Source: Phycisphaerae bacterium (lineage in GTDB: Bacteria; Planctomycetota; Phycisphaerae; Phycisphaerales; SM1A02). From it: a stretch of 64,000 bases of DNA. Below are positions 18,136-28,474 of this stretch, in pieces; positions within the stretch are counted from its first letter, which is position 1, and every line of letters begins with the position of its first letter. The DNA lies in NCBI GenBank assembly GCA_002711415.1, contig PARI01000036.1:42870-106869 (forward strand), read 5' to 3'. The notes under the pieces were generated by a model that did not search any database, was not told where the DNA came from, and saw only the letters and a list, made by a program, of their open reading frames with translations. Position numbers and translations under genes: made by a program.

Positions 18136-18437
18136 GTGAGACCTTTCTTCTGGAGAACCACGCAGAGAAAAGCGGAGTCCTAATTGTGAATTATTTCTCA
18201 ACAAATAGGCTCTCGCATCTAGTATACGGCATGCACATGATCTGAAGCCGCTTGAACAACGACATCAGGCGAGGCAAATCCCCTGCAAGTTCGCGAGTTT
18301 TCAATCGTGAAAATGATGGAACGAGCTTAGACTCAAGGTGTCAAGATAGGTAAGTAGGGCCTGTATTCCATGCAGGCCATTGAAATCCCCCACGTTCCCC
18401 CACGAGCACAGAAAACCAAGAGAGAAGGAGCAGGCTC

Positions 18438-20816
18438 ATGAGCGAGAGATTGTTCTATGCAACAGTAACCCTGGCAGGTATCGGATTGTTCGCTGCCCTG
18501 CCCGGCTTCACAAGCCAGTCCCGCCAGTCACGGATCGACACCCCGCTGGATACCGCCCCGGTCATCGGCCCGGGCAGCATCGTGCCGGATCCGACCGCCT
18601 TCGACCATCCGTACGTTGAGAACGAGTTGATCGTCCGGTTTAAGCCCGAGGCGACGGACCAGCAGAGACAGGACATGTTCGATTCGGTCAAGGGCGTGGT
18701 CAAGCACGCGTACACCCTCGTACCGGATCTGTACTGCCTCCAGATCGACATGCCAGTGACCGATGCGATCGGATCGCTCCAGTACATGAACCAGCACATG
18801 GCGTACATCGAACCGGTCTACCTGATGGAGACCTTCGAGATCCCCAACGATCCTCAGTATGGAAGTCTGTACGGGATGTCCATGATCAACATGCCCGAGG
18901 CATGGGACGAGATCACGGGTGATGCGAACCTCAGGATCGCGATCATCGACAGTGGCTGCGACATGGATCACCCCGACCTGGTTGGAAACATCATCACCAA
19001 TCCGGCAGACCCACCGGACGGAATCGACAATGACGGCAACGGCCTCATCGATGACACCAACGGCTGGGACTTCTACGATGGTGACAACAATCCCAACGAC
19101 CAGAACGGCCATGGCACGCACACCGGCGGAACCGTCGGCGCCGTAGGAAACAACGGTGTCGGCGTGGTCGGCTGCGCCTGGCAGTGCGAGCTGATCCCGC
19201 TCCGTGTCGGGAACCAACTCCTCTCGACCAGCGCGATCTACGCATCCGTCGAGTACGCCTGCGAGATGGGAGCGAAGGTCTCCAACAACAGCTACGGTGG
19301 TGGTGGATACGCACAGGCGTTCTACGACATCATCCAGGCGGCTGGCAACCAGTGCGACCACGTGTTCTGTGCCGCAGCCGGCAACGGCGGCTTCAATGAG
19401 GCCAGCTACCCGGCGCTCTACAACCTGCCGAACATCATCTCGGTGGCATCGGTCAATTCAAGCGAGAACCTGGCCTCCTCGAGCCAGTACGGGATTCCAT
19501 CCGTGGACATCGCGGCACCCGGCGTCAACGTGCTCAGCACGGTCCCCGGAGGATACGACTCCTACAGTGGCACCTCGATGGCCACCCCGCACGTCGCGGG
19601 CGTGGCTGCCCTGATCCACGCGAAGCTTGGTAACGGCGGTTACATCGATGTCGTCAACGCGATCCTCGACAACGCCCGCCCGGTCTCGAATCTCAACGGG
19701 CTCATCAACACCGGTGGTATCCTCGATGCCGAGGCGGCGATGGAAGGCCTGTTCGCAGCTCCGACCGCAACGCTGGTCTCACAGGTCCCGACGAACGTCG
19801 AGGCAGGAACCGAGCTCGAGGTCATCGCGAACATCCAGCCCAACGACGACACGATCACCAGCGTCAACCTCGTGTACAGGTTCGACAACGGATCGTTCTC
19901 GTGGCTCACGAAACCAATGACCTTCCAGGGATCCAACACCTGGAGCGCCACGGTTCCCGCGGCCGACTGCGATGATCAGCCTGACTTCTACGTGTCGTAC
20001 ACCGGCTCCGAAAGTGGAACCGCGACACTTCCTGAAGGTGGCTCGTCCGCTCCCTACGCCTACGAAGTGGGCGAACTGCTCACCATCGTCGCCGATGACT
20101 TCAACAGCAACACCGGCTGGTCCGTCAGCTCGGGGGCCTCGATCGGCAACTGGGAACGAGCCGTCCCCTCCAACGACTCGATCTCGACCGATGACTGCAT
20201 CGCACCGGGATCGGACGCTGATGGATCTGGCTCCTGCTACGTGACCGGCAACGGCGTCTCGACGTTCGCATGCGAATTCGACATCGATGACGGGACCACG
20301 GTCCTGACTTCACCGGTGTACGACGTCGATGATCCCGCAGCGACGGCATCGTTCTACTGGTGGTATGACAACACGAACGCCAACAACACGGCGTATGACG
20401 ATGACTTCATCGTCGAGGTCTCGGGCAACTCCGGGAGCTCATGGACATCATTGTTCACCGTGTCACTCGGGGACAGCCAGACATCAGGCTGGACCTTCGA
20501 GGAGTTCGTGATCGACGACTTTGTCAACGTCAGCAGCGGTTTCAGGATCCGGTTCACGGCCAGTGACACCGGTGATGGCTCGGTGGTCGAAGCCGGCGTC
20601 GACGGCTTCTCGATCAGCGTGTTCGATTGCGGCGAGGAACCGGGCATCCCCGGTGACTACAACAACGACGGAATCGTCGATGGCGAGGACCTGGGCGTCC
20701 TGCTCGGAGCCTGGGGCACGTTCGACTGCGAGTTCGACCTCTCCGGTGATGCCGCCTGCCTGATCGATGGCGAGGATCTCGGCACGCTGCTGGGCAACTG
20801 GACGTCGATCCCATGA
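18438..20816 (+). CDS. secreted subtilisin-like S8 serine protease with MAM/choice-of-anchor-J-like domain and dockerin-like tail
   Basis: Inhibitor-I9-like propeptide. Catalytic triad motifs present: AIIDSGCDMDHPDL, HGTHTGGTVGA and SGTSMATPHVAGVAAL. The tail at 20646-20813 reads DYNNDGIVDGEDLGVLLGAWG..IDGEDLGTLLGNW. Confidence 0.9.
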   Translation: MSERLFYATVTLAGIGLFAALPGFTSQSRQSRIDTPLDTAPVIGPGSIVPDPTAFDHPYVENELIVRFKPEATDQQRQDMFDSVKGVVKHAYTLVPDLYCLQIDMPVTDAIGSLQYMNQHMAYIEPVYLMETFEIPNDPQYGSLYGMSMINMPEAWDEITGDANLRIAIIDSGCDMDHPDLVGNIITNPADPPDGIDNDGNGLIDDTNGWDFYDGDNNPNDQNGHGTHTGGTVGAVGNNGVGVVGCAWQCELIPLRVGNQLLSTSAIYASVEYACEMGAKVSNNSYGGGGYAQAFYDIIQAAGNQCDHVFCAAAGNGGFNEASYPALYNLPNIISVASVNSSENLASSSQYGIPSVDIAAPGVNVLSTVPGGYDSYSGTSMATPHVAGVAALIHAKLGNGGYIDVVNAILDNARPVSNLNGLINTGGILDAEAAMEGLFAAPTATLVSQVPTNVEAGTELEVIANIQPNDDTITSVNLVYRFDNGSFSWLTKPMTFQGSNTWSATVPAADCDDQPDFYVSYTGSESGTATLPEGGSSAPYAYEVGELLTIVADDFNSNTGWSVSSGASIGNWERAVPSNDSISTDDCIAPGSDADGSGSCYVTGNGVSTFACEFDIDDGTTVLTSPVYDVDDPAATASFYWWYDNTNANNTAYDDDFIVEVSGNSGSSWTSLFTVSLGDSQTSGWTFEEFVIDDFVNVSSGFRIRFTASDTGDGSVVEAGVDGFSISVFDCGEEPGIPGDYNNDGIVDGEDLGVLLGAWGTFDCEFDLSGDAACLIDGEDLGTLLGNWTSIP

Positions 20817-20843
20817 TCGAATGAACTGCATTGCATGAAGACA

Positions 20844-20877
20844 CCCCGCATCGCCGTCATGGCGATGCGGGGTTTTC
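20844..20877. terminator. bidirectional intrinsic terminator between convergent genes
   Basis: Perfect 12-bp stem ccccgcatcgcc-gtcat-ggcgatgcgggg followed by ttttcat. An A-rich mirror (atgaagaca) lies on the left flank. Confidence 0.75.
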
Positions 20878-20903
20878 ATTTGCCCGTTGATGCTCACCCG
20901 GGA

Positions 20904-21920
20904 TCAGGAATCGCGATCAGCCATGAGTCGAATCATGTCGACGCATCGACTGGCGTAACCATATTCATTGTCGTACCAACTGACGACCTTGAAGAACCGG
21001 TCGTTCAACTCGATGCCTGCGGAAGCATCGTAGATCGAGCTGTGTGGATCCCCGATGAAGTCGCTTGAGACGACCTGTTCATCTGTGTAGCCGAGAACGC
21101 CTTCCATCGATCCGGCCGAAGCCGCCCGGATCGCCTCGTTGATCGCATCGAGCGAGGTAGCCTGCTCGGTTCGGAAGGTCAGGTCCACGCAGGAGACGTT
21201 GGCCGTGGGAACCCTGAACGACATGCCGGTGAGCCTGCCCTTCAACTCGGGTATGCAGAGCCCGACCGCCTTGGCGGCACCGGTGCTCGCGGGGATGATG
21301 TTGGCATAGGCATTCCTGCCACCACGGAAGTCCTTCTTGCTGGGACCGTCCTGGGTCGGCTGGGTCGCCGTCGCCGCATGCACGGTCGTCATGAGCCCCT
21401 GCTCGAATCCGAAGGCGTCCATGACGGCCTTGGCCACGGGCGCAAGGCAGTTGGTCGTGCAGCTGGCATTGGAGATGATCACGTCCGAGGCGGGATCATA
21501 CTTCTCGTGGTTGACCTTGTAGACGAAGTTCGGAACCTCGTCGGGGGTCTTCGTGGGAGCGGAGATGAGGACCCGCCGCGCACCGGCATCAATGTGTCCA
21601 ATGGCATCATCCGCCCTGGTGAAGAGGCCCGTGGACTCCAGAACGTACTCGGCCCCGAGGTCCTTCCAGGGAAGCTCCGCGGGATTGCGGATGCTGGTGC
21701 AGAGGGTGCTGGAACCGTTACAGCCGATTGCATCACCGCCAACATCCAGTTCCATTCCAAAGCGGCCGTGGACCGTGTCGTACTTGAGCAGGTAGGCCAG
21801 GTTGTCGGCTGGAACCAGGTCGTTGATTCCGACGAACTCGATGCCTCCCTGGGCCATGCCGATTCGATAGACGAGCCTGCCGATCCGACCGAAACCATTG
21901 ATACCGACCTTGATGGCCAT
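20904..21920 (-). CDS. gap: type I glyceraldehyde-3-phosphate dehydrogenase
   Basis: [19 protein letters not shown] Rossmann N-terminus. Active site [20 protein letters not shown] near the C-terminus. AGGAG lies upstream of ATG 21920. Confidence 0.95.
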   Translation of the reverse strand: MAIKVGINGFGRIGRLVYRIGMAQGGIEFVGINDLVPADNLAYLLKYDTVHGRFGMELDVGGDAIGCNGSSTLCTSIRNPAELPWKDLGAEYVLESTGLFTRADDAIGHIDAGARRVLISAPTKTPDEVPNFVYKVNHEKYDPASDVIISNASCTTNCLAPVAKAVMDAFGFEQGLMTTVHAATATQPTQDGPSKKDFRGGRNAYANIIPASTGAAKAVGLCIPELKGRLTGMSFRVPTANVSCVDLTFRTEQATSLDAINEAIRAASAGSMEGVLGYTDEQVVSSDFIGDPHSSIYDASAGIELNDRFFKVVSWYDNEYGYASRCVDMIRLMADRDS

Positions 21921-22003
21921 TGCCTGGTACTCCTGTTGAATGTCTTGAGACGAGGCAGGATAGTGGAAATCCGCTCCCCATGTCCGGGTCGCCCGCCCGG
22001 GGA

Positions 22004-22840
22004 TCACCCGCTGTGCTTATTCCGGTACTGGCGGGCCTGGCTCCGGTGGACCTTGTCATAGATCCAGTCACTCATCCCGAAGAGACCCGAGGCGAATCGG
22101 ACGATCCGACTCGTCCAGATCTCTGATCTCGGGTGCTTCAAACCACCGACGAGAGCTCTCGCGACACGCTCGGGTGTCTGAATGAACATGCTCGGTGCGT
22201 GATCGGGCACATCCTTGGTGTCGGTGGACTGCCCGCTGCGGGTCGAAGCCACCTGGAAGAACTCGGTTCGCGTGGTGATCGGGTGGATCGTGGAGACCTC
22301 GATGCCATGGGGTTCCAACTCGAACCTCATGGCCCGGGCGATCATCGCCTGCGAGGACTTGGTTGCGGCGTACGGCGCATAGTAGGGAATCGAGAATCTG
22401 GACAGGCAACTGGAACACATGATCAGGTGTCCTTGACGATCGTGCTCGAGCAGGAAGCGGCCCGCCTGCTGGACCAGGTCGACCGAGGCGAAGAAGTTCA
22501 CCTCGAAGATCTCGTGCAACTGCTCCATGGTCATGTCCAGTACGGACTTCTCCATGCCGTAACCTGCGTTGGCAAAGACCGCCCAGAAGCCCCCGAACCG
22601 ATCGGACGCCCTCTTGATCAGTTCGGTGTTGACCTCGGTCCTGCTGATGTCGCCGACAACCAGCTCCGCCTGGCGGCCGAGGGAACGGACCTGCTCGGCG
22701 ACCGACTCCAGTTGTGCCTCCCGGCGAGCATTGAGTACCACATTCATGCCGGCACGGGCACACTCGATGGCCGAGGCGGCGCCGATGCCGGAACTGGCAC
22801 CGGTGATGATGATCGTCTTGTCCTTCAGGTCGATGGCCAT
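22004..22840 (-). CDS. SDR-family oxidoreductase
   Basis: TGASSGIG cofactor motif, NAG, and a YxxxK catalytic pair (YAATK). Confidence 0.9.
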   Translation of the reverse strand: MAIDLKDKTIIITGASSGIGAASAIECARAGMNVVLNARREAQLESVAEQVRSLGRQAELVVGDISRTEVNTELIKRASDRFGGFWAVFANAGYGMEKSVLDMTMEQLHEIFEVNFFASVDLVQQAGRFLLEHDRQGHLIMCSSCLSRFSIPYYAPYAATKSSQAMIARAMRFELEPHGIEVSTIHPITTRTEFFQVASTRSGQSTDTKDVPDHAPSMFIQTPERVARALVGGLKHPRSEIWTSRIVRFASGLFGMSDWIYDKVHRSQARQYRNKHSG

Positions 22841-22855
22841 TGGTGCTCCCTGGAC

Positions 22856-23818
22856 TCAGGAGGAAGTAATCCGAATGCTGAATCGTGCCGTGAAATGGGA
22901 TCCCGGTTGGACCCATGGATGATCCGAACCATCGGACAGGGCCGCTGCCGGTGCCGTCATCGGTTCGAAGCAGGCGTACCGGCTGCCCTCGGGCGAATAC
23001 AACTGCATGTACCGGTATCCCTCGATGAACCTGATCGTGACCGTGGTCGATCCATCGGTGATGCTGGCCTCATCCCCGTCACGAACACCACGGTAGAGAT
23101 CGTCAAAGACCCGATCACCGATCGGTCCGTTGGGGTCCATCGAGTCCTCGTCGACCAGCGTCCCGTTGTTGCGGACAGGCAGTGACCGGTCATCGAGCCT
23201 GATCCCCTGAAGGCGGGGTGTCTCCAGGTGCAGGCTCGGGCGTTCACCACCCGGGCACAGGTACGGATGCCAGCCGAAGCAGATCGGAACCGGGATCTCA
23301 CCGGTCGCATCGATGCGGGTGAGGATTTCAAGGACATCACCGCGAAGCGACCATTCCACCCGGAGTCGATGAGGTACGGGGAACGCGGACATCAGGTGCT
23401 CATGGTCCTGCCAGTCCAGTGTCGCAGCGATCGCGGTCTCCTCGGGCTCGGACTTGAGCGCCTCGATGCGCCAGTCGTTCCATCGAAGCAGCAGCCCATG
23501 GATCGGAAGCCCCGAGTCATCACGCTTCAGATCCTTGATCGATCCCAGGTCGACACGACCAGTGGGCAGTTGGAACCCGTCTCCTCGAAGCCTGTTGGCC
23601 CAGGGATACAGAAGAGGGATACCACCGGTCCTCGGAGTCCTGACGAATTCCTCGAGGGAACAGGGAAGCCAGAGGCGGTCGACACCGCCATGCTCCATGC
23701 TGACGGAGCACATCCCGGCCGAGGGGACGATCCTGACCGTGGTTCCGCCCTGGTCGATCATCGACAACTCGTCGATGGATCGTGAATCCAGGGGCTCGGC
23801 ATGGGGATCGGTTTCCAT
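22856..23818 (-). CDS. aldose 1-epimerase (galactose mutarotase-like) family protein
   Basis: Motifs GGIPLLYPWANRL, LPIHGLL, FGWHPYL and CFEPMTAP. ATG 23818 sits 7 nt downstream of a TAGACT -10-like box. The longest ORF starts at TTG 23839. Confidence 0.8.
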   Translation of the reverse strand: METDPHAEPLDSRSIDELSMIDQGGTTVRIVPSAGMCSVSMEHGGVDRLWLPCSLEEFVRTPRTGGIPLLYPWANRLRGDGFQLPTGRVDLGSIKDLKRDDSGLPIHGLLLRWNDWRIEALKSEPEETAIAATLDWQDHEHLMSAFPVPHRLRVEWSLRGDVLEILTRIDATGEIPVPICFGWHPYLCPGGERPSLHLETPRLQGIRLDDRSLPVRNNGTLVDEDSMDPNGPIGDRVFDDLYRGVRDGDEASITDGSTTVTIRFIEGYRYMQLYSPEGSRYACFEPMTAPAAALSDGSDHPWVQPGSHFTARFSIRITSS

Positions 23819-23852
23819 GTCCGGCAGTCTAGCGTCCAATCAACTCGAGTTC

Positions 23853-24833
23853 ATGGATATGATGAAACGGGTCCCGCACCACCGGAACCCGCAGGAGCAG
23901 CACGTGGACATGAAACAGCAGGAAACGATCGAGGGACTGACCCGCACCGACGTGACGACGGGCGACCTGGTCTGGATCGATCTGGACCTGGACCACGAAC
24001 CCGCACGGGACTGGCTGAGGAGCAAGGCCGGCCTGGTGCCAGAGATGCTCGAGGCGCTGGATGACGAGTACCAGGCCACCCAGAGACTCCTGATCGATGA
24101 CGAGACGTTCACGCTCATCCACATCAGCGTCATCGATGAAGACACGAGGAAATCCAGGATCCTCACGATCAGTTTCATCCGGGAGAACAACCGTCTCATC
24201 TCGATGCACCATGGGGAACTGTTCTGCGCCGCCCAGGTGCACAAGGACCTGGAGCTCGAGGACGACCCCCTCACCCCGTTGATCCTCGAGATGATGATCA
24301 TCGGTGAGTTCTGCATGGTGATGGACGCCCAGGCCAGGAGAATATCGGATTCACTCGACCATCTCGAGGATGCCTTCAACACCTACGACGAGAAGAAGAT
24401 CGTCGATTCCCTTGGTCGCATGCAGCGGCGGATTCTGAAGCTGTCCAGACCGCTGAGACCGATCATCACGATCCTGGTCAACCAGAGAACCGACCCGATG
24501 CTGCACCTGAATGCGGATGAGTCGAGCATCATTCGGCAGACGGTCGATCGGTACAACCACTACCTGGGAGTCCTCGATGGCTGCCGGGATCGCACGACTC
24601 TGCTGGCCCACCAGCTTCGTGACCGCGCCACCGAGAAGATGAGCAAGGCGATGTACCGGCTGGGGATCGTCGGTACGGTCTTCCTGCCCCTGACCTTCCT
24701 CACCGGACTGCTCGGAATCAACGTGCCGGTGCCGGGAGAGCAGAGCCCCAACGCATTCTGGATCGTCTGCGTGATCGCTGTCTCAATCGCGGCCTTGAGT
24801 TGGATCCTGGTCGTGCTACGCTGGCGTAGGTAG
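23853..24833 (+). CDS. CorA-superfamily divalent cation channel, ZntB-like (G-I-N loop variant)
   Basis: Two C-terminal TMs with FLPLTFLTGLLGINVPVPG, where CorA has GMN and ZntB has GVN. The real start is at MDMMKR; the upstream part of ORF 23454.. is antisense to the epimerase gene. Confidence 0.8.
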   Translation: MDMMKRVPHHRNPQEQHVDMKQQETIEGLTRTDVTTGDLVWIDLDLDHEPARDWLRSKAGLVPEMLEALDDEYQATQRLLIDDETFTLIHISVIDEDTRKSRILTISFIRENNRLISMHHGELFCAAQVHKDLELEDDPLTPLILEMMIIGEFCMVMDAQARRISDSLDHLEDAFNTYDEKKIVDSLGRMQRRILKLSRPLRPIITILVNQRTDPMLHLNADESSIIRQTVDRYNHYLGVLDGCRDRTTLLAHQLRDRATEKMSKAMYRLGIVGTVFLPLTFLTGLLGINVPVPGEQSPNAFWIVCVIAVSIAALSWILVVLRWRR

Positions 24834-24853
24834 ATGCCACCTGGAATAATCCG

Positions 24854-25681
24854 ATGAAGACTGCAAAGACCGAGAGTATCTTCGGAAGCGACCGCGCCGT
24901 CATCGGCATGGTGCACCTTCGAGCCCTGCCGGGAACGCCTGCGGGACAGGACCCGCTCCAGAGGATCGCCCAGGAAGCGGTCCGGGAGGCGCGGATGCTG
25001 GTTGATGCCGGCTTCGACGCGATCATGCTGGAGAACATGCACGATGTTCCATACCTCAAGCGCGAGGTGGGACCCGAGATCATCTCGAGCATGACGGCGA
25101 TCGCCGGGGAGGTCCGCCGGGCGGTCGACGTGCCCATGGGGATCCAGGTGCTTGCCGGCGCCAACACGGCGTCACTGGCGATCGCCCACGCGACCGGTTG
25201 CCAGTTCATCCGGGCGGAGGGATTCGTCTTCGCCTCTATCGCCGATGAAGGCGCGATGCTCGATGCGGATGCCGGCCCCCTGCTCAGGTACCGGCGGTCG
25301 ATCGGGGCCGAGCACGTTCATGTCCTGGCTGACATCCGGAAGAAGCACACGTCCCATGCGATCACGTCGGACCTCGGGATCTCGGACTGGGCCCATGCCG
25401 CCGAATTCGCCGGTGCCGACGGTGTCATCGTCACGGGGACGGCCACGGGAAGATCGGTCGAACCGTCGGAACTCCAGGCCGCAGCCGGAAGCACCAGCTG
25501 CCCGGTCATCGTGGGCAGTGGTGCGACCAGCGAAGACCTGGACTTGTTGTTGCAGCATGCTGATGCGGTCATCGTGGGATCGAGCCTGAAGATCGACGGC
25601 CACTGGGCCAACCCGATGGACCAGTCCAGGGTCGAGCAGTTCATGGAGGCCGCCACACTCGCCCGTTCGTCGCGCACCTGA
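24854..25681 (+). CDS. BtpA/SgcQ-family TIM-barrel protein
   Basis: VIGMVHLRALPGTP, DAIMLENMHDVPY and the overall BtpA-family pattern. Confidence 0.75.
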   Translation: MKTAKTESIFGSDRAVIGMVHLRALPGTPAGQDPLQRIAQEAVREARMLVDAGFDAIMLENMHDVPYLKREVGPEIISSMTAIAGEVRRAVDVPMGIQVLAGANTASLAIAHATGCQFIRAEGFVFASIADEGAMLDADAGPLLRYRRSIGAEHVHVLADIRKKHTSHAITSDLGISDWAHAAEFAGADGVIVTGTATGRSVEPSELQAAAGSTSCPVIVGSGATSEDLDLLLQHADAVIVGSSLKIDGHWANPMDQSRVEQFMEAATLARSSRT

Positions 25682-25712
25682 TCGACCCGTGTCCTGCGTG
25701 TACACTTCGTGA

Positions 25713-26603
25713 ATGCAGGTCTGGCTCAATGATCGACTGTTGCCCGCAGAGGAGGCGAGGATCAGCCCGTTTGATCGAGGCTTCCTCTTCGGCGACGGCG
25801 TGTACGAGGTCGTGCGGTACTTCGACGGTGTTCCAGTCGGCGAGCGACTGCATGTCGACCGTCTGGAGGCGAGCCTTCAGCAGCTGAGGATCACCGGGTT
25901 TGACCCACGATCACTTCCGCGGATCGCGTCCACGCTGATGGAGGTCAACGATCTGGTCGATTGCAGCATGTACCTGCAGGTCAGCAGGGGCATGACCGAA
26001 ACCCGCTCCCATGTACCGGAGGGAGCACTCGAACCAACGGTGTTCGCGACGACGACCCAGATGGAATCCCTTGACCAGCTGGTCACACCGATCGAGGCGA
26101 CCTGCAGCACCGCCCCGGATCGCCGCTGGATGCACGGATCCATCAAGAGCACGAGCCTGCTGGGAAACATCATCCCGCTTCTGGACGAGGTCCCGGGCGG
26201 CAACACGGAGGTCATACTCGCCAGGAACGGTCTCCTGACCGAGGGCGCCACGAGCAACATCTTCATCGTCGACGGCGACGTCCTGAGGACACCTGCGATC
26301 GACCCGAGATGGCCGATCCTGGATGGAGTGATGCGGCGACTGTTCCTGGAGATCGCCGGAACGCTCGGGATCGACGTGCGGGAGGAGGACATCCCCGTCG
26401 ATTCACTGTTGAACGCGGACGAGGCGTTCATCACCAGCAGCCGGAGGCTCCTGAGCCCGGTCACCGATGTCGATGGACATGCCATCCCGGGCTCGACCGA
26501 ACCGGGCTCGATGACCGGCACCCTGTTTCAGGAACTGAAGCGGTCGATCCAGGCCTCGATCGGCGAGAGGCGGGCTGATCCCATAGACGGTACCCTGTCC
26601 TGA
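25713..26603 (+). CDS. class IV aminotransferase (D-amino-acid/branched-chain aminotransferase or ADC-lyase like)
   Basis: DRGFLFGDGVYEVVRY, SIKSTSLLGNI and EGATSNIFIV motifs. Confidence 0.85.
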   Translation: MQVWLNDRLLPAEEARISPFDRGFLFGDGVYEVVRYFDGVPVGERLHVDRLEASLQQLRITGFDPRSLPRIASTLMEVNDLVDCSMYLQVSRGMTETRSHVPEGALEPTVFATTTQMESLDQLVTPIEATCSTAPDRRWMHGSIKSTSLLGNIIPLLDEVPGGNTEVILARNGLLTEGATSNIFIVDGDVLRTPAIDPRWPILDGVMRRLFLEIAGTLGIDVREEDIPVDSLLNADEAFITSSRRLLSPVTDVDGHAIPGSTEPGSMTGTLFQELKRSIQASIGERRADPIDGTLS

Positions 26604-26635
26604 ACAATCCCGGCAACGGTGCAACGGAACGGTTC

Positions 26636-27439
26636 ATGAACAAGCTGAATCTCATCGCGGTCGACACAGGAAACACCAGGACGACGGTCGGCAGTTTCAA
26701 ACACGAAATCCTCCAGGACAGCCAAAGGTTTCCCAACGAGGATGTCGACCAGATCGTGCGTTCCGTGATCGAAGCGTGGAAACCACTCGAGTCGGACGAG
26801 GATGCCGACACGGCCATACTCGTGGCATCGACGAACATCGACGTGTCGAGCAATCTCAGCTCGATCATCGAGGACCAGGCGTCCACGAAGGTGTACACCG
26901 TTGGTGTCGATGTCCCGGTTCCGATCCCGACAGCGCTGGATCCGGAAACCATCACCGGGATGGACAGGCTGCTCAATGCGGCCGCTGGCTGGGACCGGAT
27001 CAAGGAGGCGTTCATCGTGATCGACGCCGGCAGCGCGGTCACCGTGGACTTCATCGACGGCGAAGGCGTGTTTCACGGAGGCGCAATCGCTCCCGGTGCC
27101 TCGATGATGCTGGAATCCCTCGCCAGCAGGACAGACGCTCTTCCCCTGGTCGAACTGGAGTCGATCAGCGGGGAACCGTTCGGCAAGAACACGACCGATG
27201 CGATCCAGAGAGGCGTCCAGTCGGCCATCCAGGGCATGGTATGGAGGCTGACGGAGAAGTACTCGGAACGATATGGCGGTTACCCACAAATCATCGCGAC
27301 AGGCGGAGACGCCCAGATGCTCTTCGCCGATGATGAACTGATCAACTCGATCGTCCCGGATCTCACCTTGCTGGGAATGAATGTCGCGGCCAAGGCCGCA
27401 TTGAACGTGATCGATGAGGATGATGACCAGGCCGAGTGA
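26636..27439 (+). CDS. coaX: type III pantothenate kinase
   Basis: LIAVDTGNTRT phosphate-1 motif, VIDAGSAVTVD, GGAIAPG and IIATGGDA. Confidence 0.9.
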   Translation: MNKLNLIAVDTGNTRTTVGSFKHEILQDSQRFPNEDVDQIVRSVIEAWKPLESDEDADTAILVASTNIDVSSNLSSIIEDQASTKVYTVGVDVPVPIPTALDPETITGMDRLLNAAAGWDRIKEAFIVIDAGSAVTVDFIDGEGVFHGGAIAPGASMMLESLASRTDALPLVELESISGEPFGKNTTDAIQRGVQSAIQGMVWRLTEKYSERYGGYPQIIATGGDAQMLFADDELINSIVPDLTLLGMNVAAKAALNVIDEDDDQAE

Positions 27440-27457
27440 GCCTGGCCTGCCGCCTGC

Positions 27458-28474
27458 ATGCCGGGAACGAGAAGACCGATGAAGACGACCGCCACGTGGC
27501 TGACCGCTTCAAGCAGCGGAGCAATCGCGATCCTCCAGATCCGTGGTGAATGCAATCTCGCATTGAAGGCGCTGGGCATCGCGGGTCCGCTTCGGCCCGG
27601 GATCCCCTGCAGGAGGGACCTGGGGGGGATCGACGAGGGAATCGTCTCGCTTCTTGACCAGGACACTCTCATCGTGATGCCTCACGGTGGAATCCGGGTT
27701 CGGCAACTGCTCCAGGAGACCATGGAACAGGCGGGGATCAACCTGTCCGAGCCTGATACGGTCGACCCACGGTCACTCCACCCGGAAGCAGGCGATCGAT
27801 ACGAGGCATTGATGCTGGAGACACTGACGAGGGCGGCCAGCCCGCTGGCGATCGATCTGCTGGTTCAACAACCCGAACGCTGGAGAAGCCGCCATTCCGG
27901 CTTCACCCCCGACCCCGGACGTACACGCAGACTCAACAGGCTGATCACCCCCCCGCTCGTGGTGATCACGGGTGCACCGAATGTCGGCAAGAGCACCCTG
28001 ATGAACCGGCTGGTCGGACGCACCGTCTCGATCGAGGCCGATCTGGAAGGAACGACCCGTGACTACACGCGCGGACTCGTGGATCTCGGCGGGGTCGTGG
28101 TCGACCTGGTCGACACCCCTGGACGCAGGGTGTCCTCAGACCATGTCGAGCAGGAGGCGATCCTGATCTCGGACGAACTGCTGGAACAGGCCGAATGCAT
28201 CATCGAACTGATGGCACCGGCAACACGCCCGGCCTCCAGGCAGGTCACAGCATCATTGGCGGTGATGAACAAGTCCGACCTGGACGGGACGGAACAACTG
28301 GCCCGCCAGCAGGGCTGCGGATGCTGTATCAGCGCCGCGACTGGCGACGGAATCGAGGAACTGGTCCTTCTCGTACGGAACGAACTGGTCACGGACGACG
28401 ACCTGGAGTGCGGCGATCCATGGCTCTTTGATCCGGCACTGGAATCGGCGGGGCGATCAGAGACCGATCGTTGA
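27458..28474 (+). CDS. MnmE/TrmE-like GTPase lacking the C-terminal helical/CIGK region
   Basis: MnmE-type N-domain ([10 protein letters not shown].., VMPHGG). G-domain motifs [18 protein letters not shown] and NKSD. The protein ends about 100 aa early, without the C-terminal C(I/L)GK. Confidence 0.7.
   Translation: MPGTRRPMKTTATWLTASSSGAIAILQIRGECNLALKALGIAGPLRPGIPCRRDLGGIDEGIVSLLDQDTLIVMPHGGIRVRQLLQETMEQAGINLSEPDTVDPRSLHPEAGDRYEALMLETLTRAASPLAIDLLVQQPERWRSRHSGFTPDPGRTRRLNRLITPPLVVITGAPNVGKSTLMNRLVGRTVSIEADLEGTTRDYTRGLVDLGGVVVDLVDTPGRRVSSDHVEQEAILISDELLEQAECIIELMAPATRPASRQVTASLAVMNKSDLDGTEQLARQQGCGCCISAATGDGIEELVLLVRNELVTDDDLECGDPWLFDPALESAGRSETDR

Noticed and set aside
23454-23852. N-terminal extensions of track ORFs (23454.. 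for the CorA-like gene; also 50675.. rpsA, 39911.. SixA-like, 41484..41690 sulfotransferase, 21921..22007 gap, 34404..34742 S8 protease, 14953.. lipoprotein)
   Set aside because: The extensions overlap neighbouring genes or intergenic promoters and have non-protein-like composition. Internal Met codons with RBS-like sequences give canonical N-termini or signal peptides.
24842-24850. The 9-mer TGGAATAAT shared by the BtpA upstream region and the FGE upstream region (34502-34510), considered as a common extended -10 promoter
   Set aside because: At 24842 it ends only 3 nt before the ATG, which is too close for either a leadered or a leaderless start. Two occurrences of a 9-mer are compatible with chance. 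The 34502 copy remains a weak promoter candidate only.
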